The position numbers and the translations under genes were made by a program. The notes under the pieces are model-generated. The model searched no databases. It saw only the letters and a program-made list of their open reading frames with translations, and was not told the DNA's origin. DNA of 64,000 nucleotides, from assembly GCA_963724605.1 (NCBI GenBank), contig CAVRVM010000006.1:15454-79453 (forward strand), in the 5' to 3' direction. Positions 53,519 to 63,659 of the stretch are shown here, piece by piece; position 1 is the first letter of the stretch; each line of letters starts with the position of its first letter. Source of the stretch: an uncultured beta proteobacterium. Lineage in GTDB: Bacteria; Pseudomonadota; Gammaproteobacteria; Burkholderiales; Burkholderiaceae_F.

Positions 53519-54325
53519 ATGCCCGCGCCTGTCGCCAGGCGCGTGACCGACCCGCGCGCCGTGCTGGGGTTGCTGCTGGCAACGCTCGCAGCGATGGCGT
53601 GGGCGGCGCTCTGGCTATGGAGCCTTAGTCCCTGGAGCCGCTACCTCGGTGAAGGTGGCTGGAGCGACGCCGGGGCGCTGGCTGCGCTGTGTCGTGCCAT
53701 TCCAAAGGGCGACATCATCGTGCCGGCCGGCCTGCATGCGATCGCCTGGGTGGTGATGATCGCCGCGATGATGCTGCCGACGACGCTGCCACTGTTGCTG
53801 ATGTTCCAGCGCATCACGCAGGCACGCAGCGATCGCGCACGGCTGGCCGCGCTGGTCGTGCTGGGGTTCTTCGCGGCCTGGTTCGGATTCGGCGTTGCTG
53901 CGCACATCGTCGACGCGACGCTGCGCTCGATCGCGGCCGACTCTGCGTGGTTCATCGACCATGGCTGGACGGTCGCCGCGGCGGTCCTGATCGGCGCTGG
54001 ACTCTTCCAGTTCAGCGCACTCAAGTATCGCTGCCTCGAGCAGTGCCACACGCCGTTCGCGTTCGTCGCTTCGCGCTGGCACGGACGTGCGCCGTCGCGC
54101 GAGGCACTTCGTATCGGATTCGATCACGGCGTATTCTGCGTCGGCTGCTGTTGGGCCTTGATGCTGCTGATGTTCGTGGTCGGCATGGGCAACCTGGGAT
54201 GGATGCTGGTGCTGGCCGGCATCATGGCGGCCGAAAAGAATCTCCCGTGGGGACGGCGGCTGCGAACCCCGCTCGGCATCGGGCTCGTCATCTGGGGTTG
54301 CATCATCGTCTACATGAACTCCTGA
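53519..54325 (+). CDS. DUF2182-family integral membrane protein (putative metal-binding)
   Basis: The ATG at 53519 lies within ORF 53330..54325. It contains 'WVVMIAAMMLPTTLPLLLMF', 'FSALKYRCLEQCHTPFAF' and 'FDHGVFCVGCCWALMLLMFVVG'. This family is a conserved partner of DUF1326. Confidence 0.75.
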   Translation: MPAPVARRVTDPRAVLGLLLATLAAMAWAALWLWSLSPWSRYLGEGGWSDAGALAALCRAIPKGDIIVPAGLHAIAWVVMIAAMMLPTTLPLLLMFQRITQARSDRARLAALVVLGFFAAWFGFGVAAHIVDATLRSIAADSAWFIDHGWTVAAAVLIGAGLFQFSALKYRCLEQCHTPFAFVASRWHGRAPSREALRIGFDHGVFCVGCCWALMLLMFVVGMGNLGWMLVLAGIMAAEKNLPWGRRLRTPLGIGLVIWGCIIVYMNS

Positions 54326-54596
54326 GAGCGCAACCGGACAGGACGCAACCGGTTGCTGTCTCGCTGGTTAGCCGTTGCCCGGTCAGGCTCGGACGTCTGC
54401 ATCGACAATCGCTGCTCCGACGTCGATCATCCAAGACCGCGCGCCGGCCTCAAGAATCAGCGCGAGCGGCGCGGCGGCGACGAGCACCAGAGCCGGCGCC
54501 GCAATGTGCTGCCGCGGACCACGGCGTCCGCACTCCAGTCTGCGGGGCGGGCTTCCGGTGGCGCGCCCGTTGGCAAGTATTAGAGCCCTTGCGTCG

Positions 54597-56600
54597 CTAC
54601 CTCTCCATCACGTTCATCTTCGGCCGCGGGATGTCGGGTTTCGGCGCCGAGGCATTACTGGCCTGGGTGGGGACATCCTGCTTCGAAGTGGCCGGTACTT
54701 GTGCCGGCGCCTGCCCTGCGGGCGGCGGTGTGTGCGGCGTGTGTGTGGGCACGGCCGCTACTGGGTTCGCTGGTGCTCCCGGCGTATGCGGAGTGCGCGC
54801 GGGCGCTGCCGCGCGCGGGACTGGCGCAGCCGCCACCGGTGACGCTGGCGCGGGCGGCGTATGCGGAGTGTGCGCAGGGGGAGCGGCGCGCGGAACCGGC
54901 GCGACCGCTACCGGTGACGCTGGCGCGGGCTGCGCCACGACGCCGCGCGGAGCGATGGGCGCGCTGCCGACGGCCGGTTGGCGAATGGTCGGCGGCGCGG
55001 CCGGCGGCACGCGCGCCGGCTCGGCCGGATTGGGCGTCTGCAGCTGCTGGTACGGCGGGAGGAGCTCCGGCTGCACGCGCGGCTTGGATCGCGGCGCTTC
55101 AACCTCGCGGCGCGGAGCTGGGGCCGGCGCCACGACGCCCGGTTCCGGACCGCGGATCGGCGCTGGCTGACTTATCGTTCCATCGGCGCCCGGTATCGGC
55201 TGCGGCTCAGTCGTAGTGAACTTCGGTGAGGTCTGGGCGACACCCTGCGCACCGCGAACGTGCGGCGGCGCGACGCGGCCCGCGGGAACGCCGCCGCGCA
55301 CATCGTCAGTCACCGGACCGGTCCGGACAGGACGGGGCGGCGGGGCCACAGGCTGCAGATCGGCGACCGGCGCCGTCCGCGCTGGAAGGCGTACTTTCGC
55401 GACAGGCTCGTGGAAGCGCTGCTGCGGCACCCAAGTGGACCCCGGCCGCTGCGTGACATCGTGCGGGACGCCGGCCGGCGGACGCTGGATGACTGTCTGG
55501 TTGATGACCGTGACATACGTGTTGTTGGCGCGATAGTAGGGACGGTACGGGTGCCAGGGAGCCAGCGGATACCAGCCCACCGCCGGACCGCCGACGCCGA
55601 CCGATACCGACGCTCCTCCGGTTCCTATGAACCCGACCAACGCCGGAGCCCAGACCGGCCGCGCGACGTAGCGACCTGGCCACCAGCACCAGCGGCCACC
55701 GACCGTCACCCAGCGGCCATAGTGAAACGGTGCATAGCCCCAAGGTGAAGCGTCGACCCACGTCCAGCCCCACGGTGCGACCCAACGCCAGCGCCCATCG
55801 CGATACGGCGCCCAGCCAACAGGCACCGCGCGCGGGACCCAGACGGTGCCGTACGCACCATCGGCCATCCAGTCGCCGTAGGCGTCGAGTTCCTCGTAGC
55901 CTGTCATGTAGGGCGAGACGTATCGCTCGGACGGCAGCTGCTGATAGCGCTCGTCGCGCGCGAACGCCCACGCATCCAGCTCGGTCGACACGGCAGTGGC
56001 GAAGTTCATGTTCGACTGAGTCATGATCAGCGCCTTGCCGCGGCTGACGGATACGGTGTTGCCGCCATAGCGCACGTTGCCATGACCCTCGAACACGCTG
56101 ATGTTGAGCGGCGAGCCGTCGATTGCGTCGATGCGGTAACGTCCCGGTGCTGCCAGGTCGACCTGCACGCCGGCGATCAGCACCGAAACCGACTCGCCCT
56201 GCTGCGCCGCTGCGAGGCGAACGTTCAGGGCTCCCCGTTCGAGATCGAAGGCCTTGACCGCGAAGTCGAGCTGGCTGAATCCGCCGCTGCTGCCTGCACC
56301 GAGCCGGAACGCGTGCGGGCCGACCCGGACTTCCGCGCGGCCGTTGTCGGTCGCCAGACCCACGCCGGCAGTGATGACGTCATTCAGTTCCGCACGGTCC
56401 CACGAGCCGCTGGTGTTCTCTTCGCCGCGCCAGATGCGTACATCACCCTCTACCGCCGCCAGGCGGCCGGCGATCAGCGGCGGCGTATCCGTGGCAGGAA
56501 CGGCGGCGCCCGCGCTCGTCGGATTGACGGTGGCGGCACAGCCACCGATCAAAAGGGCGGCTAGCAGGCCGATCCAGCGTTGCATTGCGTTCTCCTGCAT
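54597..56600 (-). CDS. lipoprotein with a FecR-like N-terminal region, a Trp/Tyr/Gly-rich middle and a Pro-rich repetitive C-terminus (DUF6600-like)
   Basis: This is an intact 667 aa ORF. The lipobox is 'LLIGGCA'. The middle contains 'YGDWMADGAYGTVWVP...WGWTWVDASPWGYAPFHYGRWV'. The C-terminus has 25-aa repeats 'PAPASPVAxAPVPRAAxPAxTPHTP'. The family name is tentative. Confidence 0.6.
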   Translation of the reverse strand: MQENAMQRWIGLLAALLIGGCAATVNPTSAGAAVPATDTPPLIAGRLAAVEGDVRIWRGEENTSGSWDRAELNDVITAGVGLATDNGRAEVRVGPHAFRLGAGSSGGFSQLDFAVKAFDLERGALNVRLAAAQQGESVSVLIAGVQVDLAAPGRYRIDAIDGSPLNISVFEGHGNVRYGGNTVSVSRGKALIMTQSNMNFATAVSTELDAWAFARDERYQQLPSERYVSPYMTGYEELDAYGDWMADGAYGTVWVPRAVPVGWAPYRDGRWRWVAPWGWTWVDASPWGYAPFHYGRWVTVGGRWCWWPGRYVARPVWAPALVGFIGTGGASVSVGVGGPAVGWYPLAPWHPYRPYYRANNTYVTVINQTVIQRPPAGVPHDVTQRPGSTWVPQQRFHEPVAKVRLPARTAPVADLQPVAPPPRPVRTGPVTDDVRGGVPAGRVAPPHVRGAQGVAQTSPKFTTTEPQPIPGADGTISQPAPIRGPEPGVVAPAPAPRREVEAPRSKPRVQPELLPPYQQLQTPNPAEPARVPPAAPPTIRQPAVGSAPIAPRGVVAQPAPASPVAVAPVPRAAPPAHTPHTPPAPASPVAAAPVPRAAAPARTPHTPGAPANPVAAVPTHTPHTPPPAGQAPAQVPATSKQDVPTQASNASAPKPDIPRPKMNVMER
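54721..54930. repeat. imperfect 75-bp tandem repeat inside the Pro-rich coding region
   Basis: The units 54781-54855 and 54856-54930 align without gaps, with 11 mismatches in 75 positions by my count. A partial, more diverged copy lies at 54721-54780. Confidence 0.7.
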
Positions 56601-56772
56601 ACGCTCCGAAAGGAAGCGTCTGGTCGTCTAACGCTCCAAGATGCGGCGTGTTGACGCCATTCCTGAGGGAACAATGTGAGAATTCGTTACAAACGGGTTT
56701 GCTTGCCGCAGCGCCGCAGACGGCGATAATCCGCTCCCTTCCTTCGCCGACCGTCGGCACGACAGGCCCTGC

Positions 56773-59063
56773 ATGCGCTTCCGCTTCCCCATTGTGATCA
56801 TCGACGAGGACTTTCGTTCCGAGAACGCGAGCGGCCTCGGCATCCGGGCCCTGGCCAAGGCGATCGAGGCCGAAGGCGTTGAGGCGCTCGGCGTCACCAG
56901 CTTTGGCGACGTGGCGAGCTTCGCGCAGCAGCAGAGCCGAGCCTCGGGCTTCATCCTGTCGGTAGATGACGAGGAGCTCGCGGAAGGCAACGGCGACCAG
57001 GAGACGGTCGCCAAGCTCTGGCGTTCGTGCGCGAGATCCGCCGCCGCAACGCGGACATCCCGATCTTCCTGTACGGCGAAACGCGCACGACACAGCACCT
57101 TCCAAACGAGGTCCTGCGTGAGCTGCACGGCTTCATCCACATGTTCGAGGACACGCCGGAGTTCGTCGCGCGCTACATCGTTCGTGAGTCGCGCGCCTAC
57201 CTCGACACGCTGGCGCCGCCATTCTTCCGCGCGCTGGTCCACTACGCGCAGGACGGCTCGTACTCGTGGCACTGCCCGGGCCACTCGGGCGGCGTGGCTT
57301 TCCTGAAAAGTCCGGTCGGGCAGATGTTCCACCAGTTCTTCGGCGAGAACATGCTGCGCGCTGACGTCTGCAATTCGGTCGACGAACTCGGCCAGCTGCT
57401 CGACCACACGGGGCCGGTCGCGGCTAGCGAGCGCAACGCCGCACGCATCTTCGGTGCCGACCATCTGTTCTTCGTCACCAACGGCACGTCGACCTCGAAC
57501 AAGATCGTCTGGCACTACGTTGTGGCGCCGGGCGACGTGGTGATCGTCGACCGCAACTGCCACAAGTCGATCCTGCATGCGATCACGATGACGGGCGCGA
57601 TTCCCGTGTTCCTGACGCCGACACGCAATCACTACGGAATCATCGGCCCGATCCCGCTGGAAGAGTTCCAGTGGGAGTCGATCGCGAAGAAGATCGAGCG
57701 CCACCCGCTGATCAAGAGCGCCAGTGCAGCCCGACGCGCGGGGGACGCGGCGGCGCGCGACAAGCCACGCGTGCTCACACTGACGCAGAGCACCTACGAC
57801 GGCATCCTCTACAACGTCGAGACGATCAAGACGTTGCTCGATGGCCGCATCGACACGCTGCACTTCGACGAAGCCTGGCTGCCGCACGCCGCGTTCCATG
57901 CCTACTACCGCGACATGCACGCTATTGGCGGGCAGTCCGAACGGCCGCGCAACCGCGCTTCGATGATCTTCTCGACGCAGTCGACGCACAAGATGCTGGC
58001 CGGCCTGTCGCAGGCATCGCAGATCTTGATCGAAGATGCGCAGACCGAAAGACTGGACCGCTTCATGTTCAATGAAGCGTTTCTGATGCACACATCGACT
58101 TCGCCGCAGTACGCCATCATCGCTTCGTGCGATGTCGCGGCCGCCATGATGGAGCCGCCCGGCGGCACCGCACTGGTGGAGGAATCGATCTCCGAAGCGC
58201 TCGAATTCCGCCGCGCGATGCGCAAGGTCGACGCCGAGTTCGGGCCGGATGAGAGCGGCGGCTGGTGGTTCAAGGTCTGGGGGCCCGATCACCTTGCGGC
58301 CGAAGGCATCGGCACGCGCGAGGACTGGATGCTGAAGCCGGGTGACGCCTGGCACGGCTTCGAGCAGATCGCACCCGGATTCAACATGCTGGACCCGATC
58401 AAGGCGACCGTGATCACGCCGGGCCTGAATCTCGATGGTTCCTTCGCCGACCCTGGCATCCCGGCGGCGATAGTCACCAAGTACCTGGCCGAGCACGGCA
58501 TCATCGTCGAGAAGACGGGACTGTATTCGTTCTTCATCATGTTCACGATCGGCATCACCAAGGGCCGCTGGAACACGATGGTCACGGAGCTGCAGCAGTT
58601 CAAGGACGACTACGACAACAACGAGCCGTTGTGGCGCGTGATGCCGGAGTTCATCCGCCAGTTCCCGCAGTACGAGAAGATGGGGCTGGGTGAACTTTGC
58701 ACGGCCGTGCATACGATCTATCGCGACAGCGACATCGCGCGACTGACCACCGAGATGTACCTGTCCGAGATGGAACCGGTCATGAAGCCGGCCGACGCGT
58801 ATGCACAGATGGCGCACAGCGCGGTCGACCGGGTGCCGATCGACGAACTCGAAGGCCGCATCACGTCGGTGCTGCTGACGCCGTATCCGCCCGGCATTCC
58901 GCTTCTCATTCCGGGCGAGCGCGTCAATCGCACGATCGTGCGCTACCTGCAGTTCGCGCGTGAACTGAATCAACGCTTCCCGGGGTTTGGTACCGACATC
59001 CACGGGCTGGTGAAGCACGAAGTCAGCGGCCGCAACGAGTATTTCCTCGATTGCGTGCGCTAG
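56773..59063 (+). pseudogene. Orn/Lys/Arg decarboxylase, large fold-type I PLP enzyme (one frameshift near 57020)
   Basis: The wing domain 'MRFRFPIVIIDEDFRSENASGLGIRALAKAIE' is in ORF 56773..57306. ORF 57027..59063 carries 'YSWHCPGHSGGVAFLKSP', 'LFFVTNGTSTSNKIV', 'DRNCHKSILHA' and 'STQSTHKMLAGLSQAS' (PLP Lys). Confidence 0.85.
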
Positions 59064-59108
59064 CGCAATTCGTAGCGGCAGGACTCGCTGTCACGACGGG
59101 AATCATCA

Positions 59109-59528
59109 ATGACCGCAACGCTTTCCGGGCTGGCCGCACTGGCGATGACGGGATTTTTCATCGCCTTCGGTGTCCTCATGCTTTTCATGGCGCTGATCCA
59201 GCCGATCTGGTGCATGGTCGACTGCGTCGTCGACGACAAGCGCGGCACGGCCAGCAAGGTGATCTGGATGATCGTGCTGATCGCCTTGTACGGAATCTCC
59301 AACTGGTTCTATGGGGCGTTCTCGGCTTCTGGCCGGGCGCTCCGCCGCCTGACGCGCCTGGCGTGGGTCTTCGCGTTCATCCTGCTGATCGCGTTTGCCG
59401 CACTGTTCTTCACACATGCGGAGTTCAGGCGCGGCATCGAGCAGGAGTGGAAGCATCGACGTGAGTTCACGGTGATGGCTGTCGGGCCCGTCACAGCTCT
59501 TGACAAGGAGCATCGTCGTGGCGTCTGA
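59109..59528 (+). CDS. hypothetical membrane protein
   Basis: It is 139 aa with three hydrophobic segments ('[23 protein letters not shown]', '[19 protein letters not shown]', '[18 protein letters not shown]'). Confidence 0.45.
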   Translation: MTATLSGLAALAMTGFFIAFGVLMLFMALIQPIWCMVDCVVDDKRGTASKVIWMIVLIALYGISNWFYGAFSASGRALRRLTRLAWVFAFILLIAFAALFFTHAEFRRGIEQEWKHRREFTVMAVGPVTALDKEHRRGV

Positions 59529-60555
59529 CGCAGTGATCGACCTGCGCTCTGACACCGTGACGCGGCCGACCGACGCGATGCGCGCGGTGATGGCCGCGGC
59601 ACCCGTCGGCGATGACCAGTACGGCGAGGACCCGACCACCAATCGGCTTCAGGAGCGCGTGGCGGAACTGCTGGGCAAGGAAGCGGCGTTATGGCTGCCG
59701 AGCGGGACGATGGCCAACCAGGTGGCGCTGCGCGTGCTGACCCGGCCCGGCGATGACGTCATCGTCAGCCGCGAATGCCACGCGGTGTGGCACGAGACCG
59801 GAGGCTCGGCGGCAAATGCCGGCGTCCAGTTCACCGATATCGGCCGGCGCGGCACGTTCACCGTCGATGAGTTTCTCGCGGCGTGCAAGCCGCGCGGACA
59901 TGCGATCTATCCGCCGACGACGCTGCTGGAGATCGAGAACACCCATAACCGCTCCGGCGGCATCGTGTTTCCGCAGCGCGATGCGGTCGCACTGTGCGCG
60001 GCCGCGCGCGAGCGCTCGGTCGCGACCTTTCTCGACGGCGCGCGCCTGTGGAACGTTTCAGCGGCGAGCAAGCTGGCACTCGCGGAGCTGGCAGCGCCGT
60101 TCGACCTGGTCGCGGTGGCGCTGTCCAAGGGCCTCGGAGCGCCCGGAGGTTCCCTGCTGGCCGGGTCGCGTGAGTTGATCGAGCGTGCCACGCGGTATCG
60201 CCGCATGTTTGGTGGCGCGATGCGACAGACCGGGATCTACGCGGCCGCGGGGCTCTTTGCGATCGAGCACCACCGTGCGCGGCTCGCCGAGGATCATGCG
60301 AATGCACGCCTGATGGCCGAGCGTCTTGCCGATCACGCTCGTGTCGACATCGACTTGGCCACCGTTCAGACGAACATCATCGTGTTCCGGCTGAAGGAGG
60401 GCGCTCCGGATGCCGCAACGGTGGTCGAAAGCGCACGCAAACGCGGTGTCCTGCTCTTCCCGTTTGGAGCGCGTACGCTGCGCGCAGTGACCCATCTCGA
60501 CGTCAGCACCGGGCAATGCGAGCGGGCGGCGGCGATCCTCTGCGACATCATCTGA
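59518..60555 (+). CDS. ltaE: low-specificity L-threonine aldolase
   Basis: An RBS 'aaggag' sits 7 nt before the GTG at 59518. It contains '[62 protein letters not shown]' and '[17 protein letters not shown]'. Confidence 0.85.
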   Translation: MASDAVIDLRSDTVTRPTDAMRAVMAAAPVGDDQYGEDPTTNRLQERVAELLGKEAALWLPSGTMANQVALRVLTRPGDDVIVSRECHAVWHETGGSAANAGVQFTDIGRRGTFTVDEFLAACKPRGHAIYPPTTLLEIENTHNRSGGIVFPQRDAVALCAAARERSVATFLDGARLWNVSAASKLALAELAAPFDLVAVALSKGLGAPGGSLLAGSRELIERATRYRRMFGGAMRQTGIYAAAGLFAIEHHRARLAEDHANARLMAERLADHARVDIDLATVQTNIIVFRLKEGAPDAATVVESARKRGVLLFPFGARTLRAVTHLDVSTGQCERAAAILCDII

Positions 60556-60587
60556 ACTTTGCGCTTGCTACGAGAAGGAGCACCCCC

Positions 60588-61532
60588 ATGACGAAGAAGA
60601 TCATCACCGTCTTCGGCGCTACTGGCGCGCAGGGCGGCGGCCTGGCACGGGCCATCCTGGCCGATGCGAAGAGCGAGTATTCCGTGCGTGCGGTCACGCG
60701 CAAGCCCGACTCCGATTCCGCCAGGGCGCTGGCCGCCGCCGGCGCCGAGGTCGCCGTGGCGGACCTCGACGATGCGGCGAGCGTGCTGCGCGCAATGAGC
60801 GGTGCGCACGGTATTTTCTGCGTGACCAACTACTGGGAGCACCTCTCGCCCGAGAAGGAGCTGGCGCAGGCCGCCACGCTCGCCGACGCCGCTGCCAAGT
60901 CTGGCGCGAAGCACGTTATCTGGTCGACCCTGGAAGACACCCGTGCCTTCTTTCCTCCGGGCAGCGGACGCATGCCGGTGCTGATGGGCAAGTACAACGT
61001 GCCGCACTTCGACGCCAAGGGCGAGGCAAACAAGTTCTTTACAGCGCGCGCGCCGACGACCCTGCTGAACACGTCGTTCTACTGGGACAACCTGATCCAT
61101 TTCGGCATGGGCCCGAAGAAGGGTCCGGACGGCGTGCTTGCATTCACGATGCCGATGGGCGACAAGAAACTTCCCGGCATCGCGGTCGAGGACATCGGCA
61201 AGTGCGCCTACGGGATCTTCAAGGGAGGCGCCGCGAATGTCGGCAAGACATTCGGCATCGCTGGCGAGCACCTGACCGGGGCACAGATGGCGGCGGCGCT
61301 GTCGAAAGCACTCGGGCAGACGGTGCGCTACAACGCGGTGACGCCCGAGCAGTATCGAAGCTTCGGGTTTCCGGGCGCCGACGATCTGGGCAACATGTTC
61401 CAGTTCAAGGCCGAGTTCGAAGACTATTACTGCGGCGCACGCCCGCTCGACGTTTCTCGCAAGCTGAATCCGGAACTGCAGGACTTTGCGACCTTCTTGG
61501 CGCGCAACAAGGACCGCATTCCGCTTGGTTGA
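60588..61532 (+). CDS. NmrA-family NAD(P)-binding protein
   Basis: It contains 'KKIITVFGATGAQGGGLARAIL', 'GIFCVTNYWEH' and 'VPHFDAKGEANKFF'. The ORF is intact. Confidence 0.85.
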   Translation: MTKKIITVFGATGAQGGGLARAILADAKSEYSVRAVTRKPDSDSARALAAAGAEVAVADLDDAASVLRAMSGAHGIFCVTNYWEHLSPEKELAQAATLADAAAKSGAKHVIWSTLEDTRAFFPPGSGRMPVLMGKYNVPHFDAKGEANKFFTARAPTTLLNTSFYWDNLIHFGMGPKKGPDGVLAFTMPMGDKKLPGIAVEDIGKCAYGIFKGGAANVGKTFGIAGEHLTGAQMAAALSKALGQTVRYNAVTPEQYRSFGFPGADDLGNMFQFKAEFEDYYCGARPLDVSRKLNPELQDFATFLARNKDRIPLG

Positions 61533-61617
61533 GGCGGTGCGGGGCTGCGATTCGGCGGCAGCCGGCTCAGAGCGTCGAGTTTCTCGTTGTGACAGATTGG
61601 GAATCGCGTGTGGCGGG

Positions 61618-62298
61618 CTATTTCCTGTCGCAGGCGAGTTTCAGGAAGTACTGTGCATAGCCGTCACTGGGTCCCACGGTCTGCCAGGAATAGGGCGGCG
61701 GAAAGTTCTCGGAGCCAACAACGGCGCCCTTACCGAGATGCCCTGCATATGCGCTGGCCGCAAGCATTCGCCGCCGCGAGCCTTTGCAGTCGTATTCCCA
61801 CAAGTACCTTGCAGAAAAGGTCCGCTTGCCGTCGATGACCGTCGCGGCCTTGTTGTCAATCATCTCCCACATCTTCGCCAAGTCGCCGGACCTGCGAATC
61901 GTGGAGCGAGCGACGTAGAAGTCGGACTCGCCTTTGAGCGTGCTCCCCATCGGCTCCCACTCCGCAGCCGCAACCGCGGCCGCAACGTCCACCGGAGGTC
62001 CCTGTCGCGGCGGAGCCGACTGCGGTGAACCGCCCTGATAGGCGGGCGCCGGGGCTTGGCTGGTTGGCGCGTTCAGCCGCGACGACTCCTCCTGCTGTCG
62101 GCGAGCGTTCTCGTTCATCAGTTGTTGCTGCCGCTGCTGCTCCTGGCGTTGCTGCTCCTGCTGCCGCCAATATTCACGTTGCTGGCGCTCGTATTCCATC
62201 TGTGATGGCGTCTGCGCCCTGATGCCCTGTGGCGCAATAGCCAGAACCGGGAACAGCATCGTGGCCGCTACGAAGGTCAATCGCGGATTGGCACTCAT
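61618..62298 (-). CDS. secreted protein with a Gln/Arg-rich segment and a surface-adhesin-E-like C-terminal domain
   Basis: It has a signal peptide, then 'EYERQQREYWRQQEQQRQEQQRQQQLMNENARRQQEE'. The C-terminus is 'FYVARSTIRRSGDLAKMWEMID...ARYLWEYDCKGSRRRML...FLKLAC'. The family call is tentative. Confidence 0.5.
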   Translation of the reverse strand: MSANPRLTFVAATMLFPVLAIAPQGIRAQTPSQMEYERQQREYWRQQEQQRQEQQRQQQLMNENARRQQEESSRLNAPTSQAPAPAYQGGSPQSAPPRQGPPVDVAAAVAAAEWEPMGSTLKGESDFYVARSTIRRSGDLAKMWEMIDNKAATVIDGKRTFSARYLWEYDCKGSRRRMLAASAYAGHLGKGAVVGSENFPPPYSWQTVGPSDGYAQYFLKLACDRK

Positions 62299-62507
62299 CC
62301 ACTCCCTTCAAGGGCTTCATGGCGTCGGATGGAGTCTCGCTGCAGAGCCACACTAAGTGGTGATCGTTACTGCCACGTTACTGCTCACTGTGGCTGCCCC
62401 ATGTCGGCGCTTGTACATGGCAAGCACATCGTGGTCCGAGGGCCAACCGCGGTGTCCGCGATTCTCGCGCGCCACGGCGGCGCGCCCGCGACCGCATGCG
62501 TACTTGC

Positions 62508-63287
62508 TCAGTTGCCCTTGAATTGCGGCTTCCGCTTCTCCTTGAAGGCGCGAATGCCCTCTTGGTAGTCCTCGCTGTCGTAGACGACCCGGCGCAGTCC
62601 CTGGACGCGTTCGAACCCCTGCGGCGACATGGGGCGAGCCCCGGCGAGGATCCGCAACTGTTCCTTCATCACGGCGATCGAAAGGGGCGACAACGCCGCG
62701 ATGTCTTGGGCCAGGTCGTAGGTGAATGCTTCCAGCGCGTCAGCGGGCACGACATGATTGATGATCCCGAGGCGCTCCGCGCGCTCAGCACTTAAAGGCC
62801 TTGCGGTGAAGGCCAGCTCCTTGACGATCCGGAGACTCGCCGCATTAAGGAACGTCATCATGCCGCTCACGTTGTAGGGCACGCCGAGCTTGGCCGGGGT
62901 CACGGCGAACGTGGTGGTCGGCGCGGCGACGATCAGGTCGCAGGCGAACGCGGTTTCGCAGGCCCCGCCCCACACGGTCCCCTCGATCATCGCGATCACC
63001 GGCCCTGGAAAGTTTTCGATCTGGCGAATCAGGTTACGCAGCGGATCGTCCCAGCCAAGGGGGTCGCGCCGGGCCTCCGGCAATTCTTCGACGTTATGCC
63101 CGGCTGACCACACCCCGGATCCGGGGAGCGCGCGCAGGATGACTACGCGCACGTTGCGGGCCTTGAAGTCCTCGAGCGCCGCGATGACGCCATCTACCAA
63201 GTGCTCGCTCAGCGCGTTGCGCTTCTTCGGATGATTGAGGGTGATCGTTCCGACGAACCCTTCGACCTGGCTGAGAATCGCTGGCAT
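62508..63287 (-). CDS. enoyl-CoA hydratase/crotonase-fold protein (methylmalonyl-CoA decarboxylase-like)
   Basis: An RBS 'gaggag' precedes the ATG at 63287. It contains 'VGTITLNHPKKRNALS', 'VVILRALPGSGVWSAGHNVEEL', 'VIAMIEGTVWGGACETAFACDLIVA' and 'DYQEGIRAFKEKRKPQFKG'. Confidence 0.8.
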   Translation of the reverse strand: MPAILSQVEGFVGTITLNHPKKRNALSEHLVDGVIAALEDFKARNVRVVILRALPGSGVWSAGHNVEELPEARRDPLGWDDPLRNLIRQIENFPGPVIAMIEGTVWGGACETAFACDLIVAAPTTTFAVTPAKLGVPYNVSGMMTFLNAASLRIVKELAFTARPLSAERAERLGIINHVVPADALEAFTYDLAQDIAALSPLSIAVMKEQLRILAGARPMSPQGFERVQGLRRVVYDSEDYQEGIRAFKEKRKPQFKGN

Positions 63288-63421
63288 GTTGATCTCCTCG
63301 CAACGGAACCAACTATAGGCGGACGGCGCCGCGGGGCCGCGCAACCTACGTGCTCGACGCCGCGGTCGGCGCGGCAGGCCCTCGCCGGACTTGGTATCCT
63401 TCGCATTCGCTGATGTAGGCC

Positions 63422-63640
63422 GAAGCGGGAGAGTGCATCCGGTGCTGGATGCCGCCGAAGGCGCAATCTCACCCGGAATCGCTCAGGTTCAAGAACCGCT
63501 TCGTCACCGGCGACTCTGGAGAGACCGCGGCTGCAAGGCGTGCGGCGCCGAAGGGGCAGGGGCGCAAGCCCACGAACTCTCAGGCAAAAGGACAGAGGGG
63601 TGCAGCCCGATTGCGGTCGGCCTGCGCCCTTTTTTCTTTG
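63422..63640 (+). ncRNA. tandem glycine riboswitch with a putative terminator-type expression platform
   Basis: Aptamer 1 is 63422-63502: P1 is GAAGCGG/CCGCTTC, the cores are 'GGGAGAG' and 'CCGAAGGCGCAA', and it ends with 'CTCAGG'. Aptamer 2 is 63514-63597: P1 is CTCTG/CAGAG, with 'GGAGAGA', 'GCCGAAGGGGCA' and 'CTCAGGCAAAAGGAC'. It is followed by GGCCTGCGCCC plus a T-run (63619-63640). It lies directly upstream of gcvT. Confidence 0.85.
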
Positions 63641-63659
63641 GAACCTATCTCGGAGTCCC

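Noticed and set aside
54721-54930. Possible CRISPR-like repeat array
   Set aside because: The units are directly tandem (no spacers), 75 bp long and diverged, and they lie inside a coding region where they translate to a 25-aa Pro-rich repeat. There are no cas genes in the window.
53689-55170. 493-aa Gly/Ala/Arg-rich plus-strand ORF
   Set aside because: It is an alternative frame of DUF2182 followed by the antisense of the Pro-rich lipoprotein tail. The repeats seen in it merely mirror the 75-bp repeats of the minus-strand gene.
56628-59018. 796-aa ORF antisense to the Orn/Lys/Arg decarboxylase gene
   Set aside because: The plus-strand frame carries unmistakable decarboxylase motifs. The antisense translation is Arg/Asp/His-rich low-information sequence, as expected from GC3-biased coding DNA read backwards.
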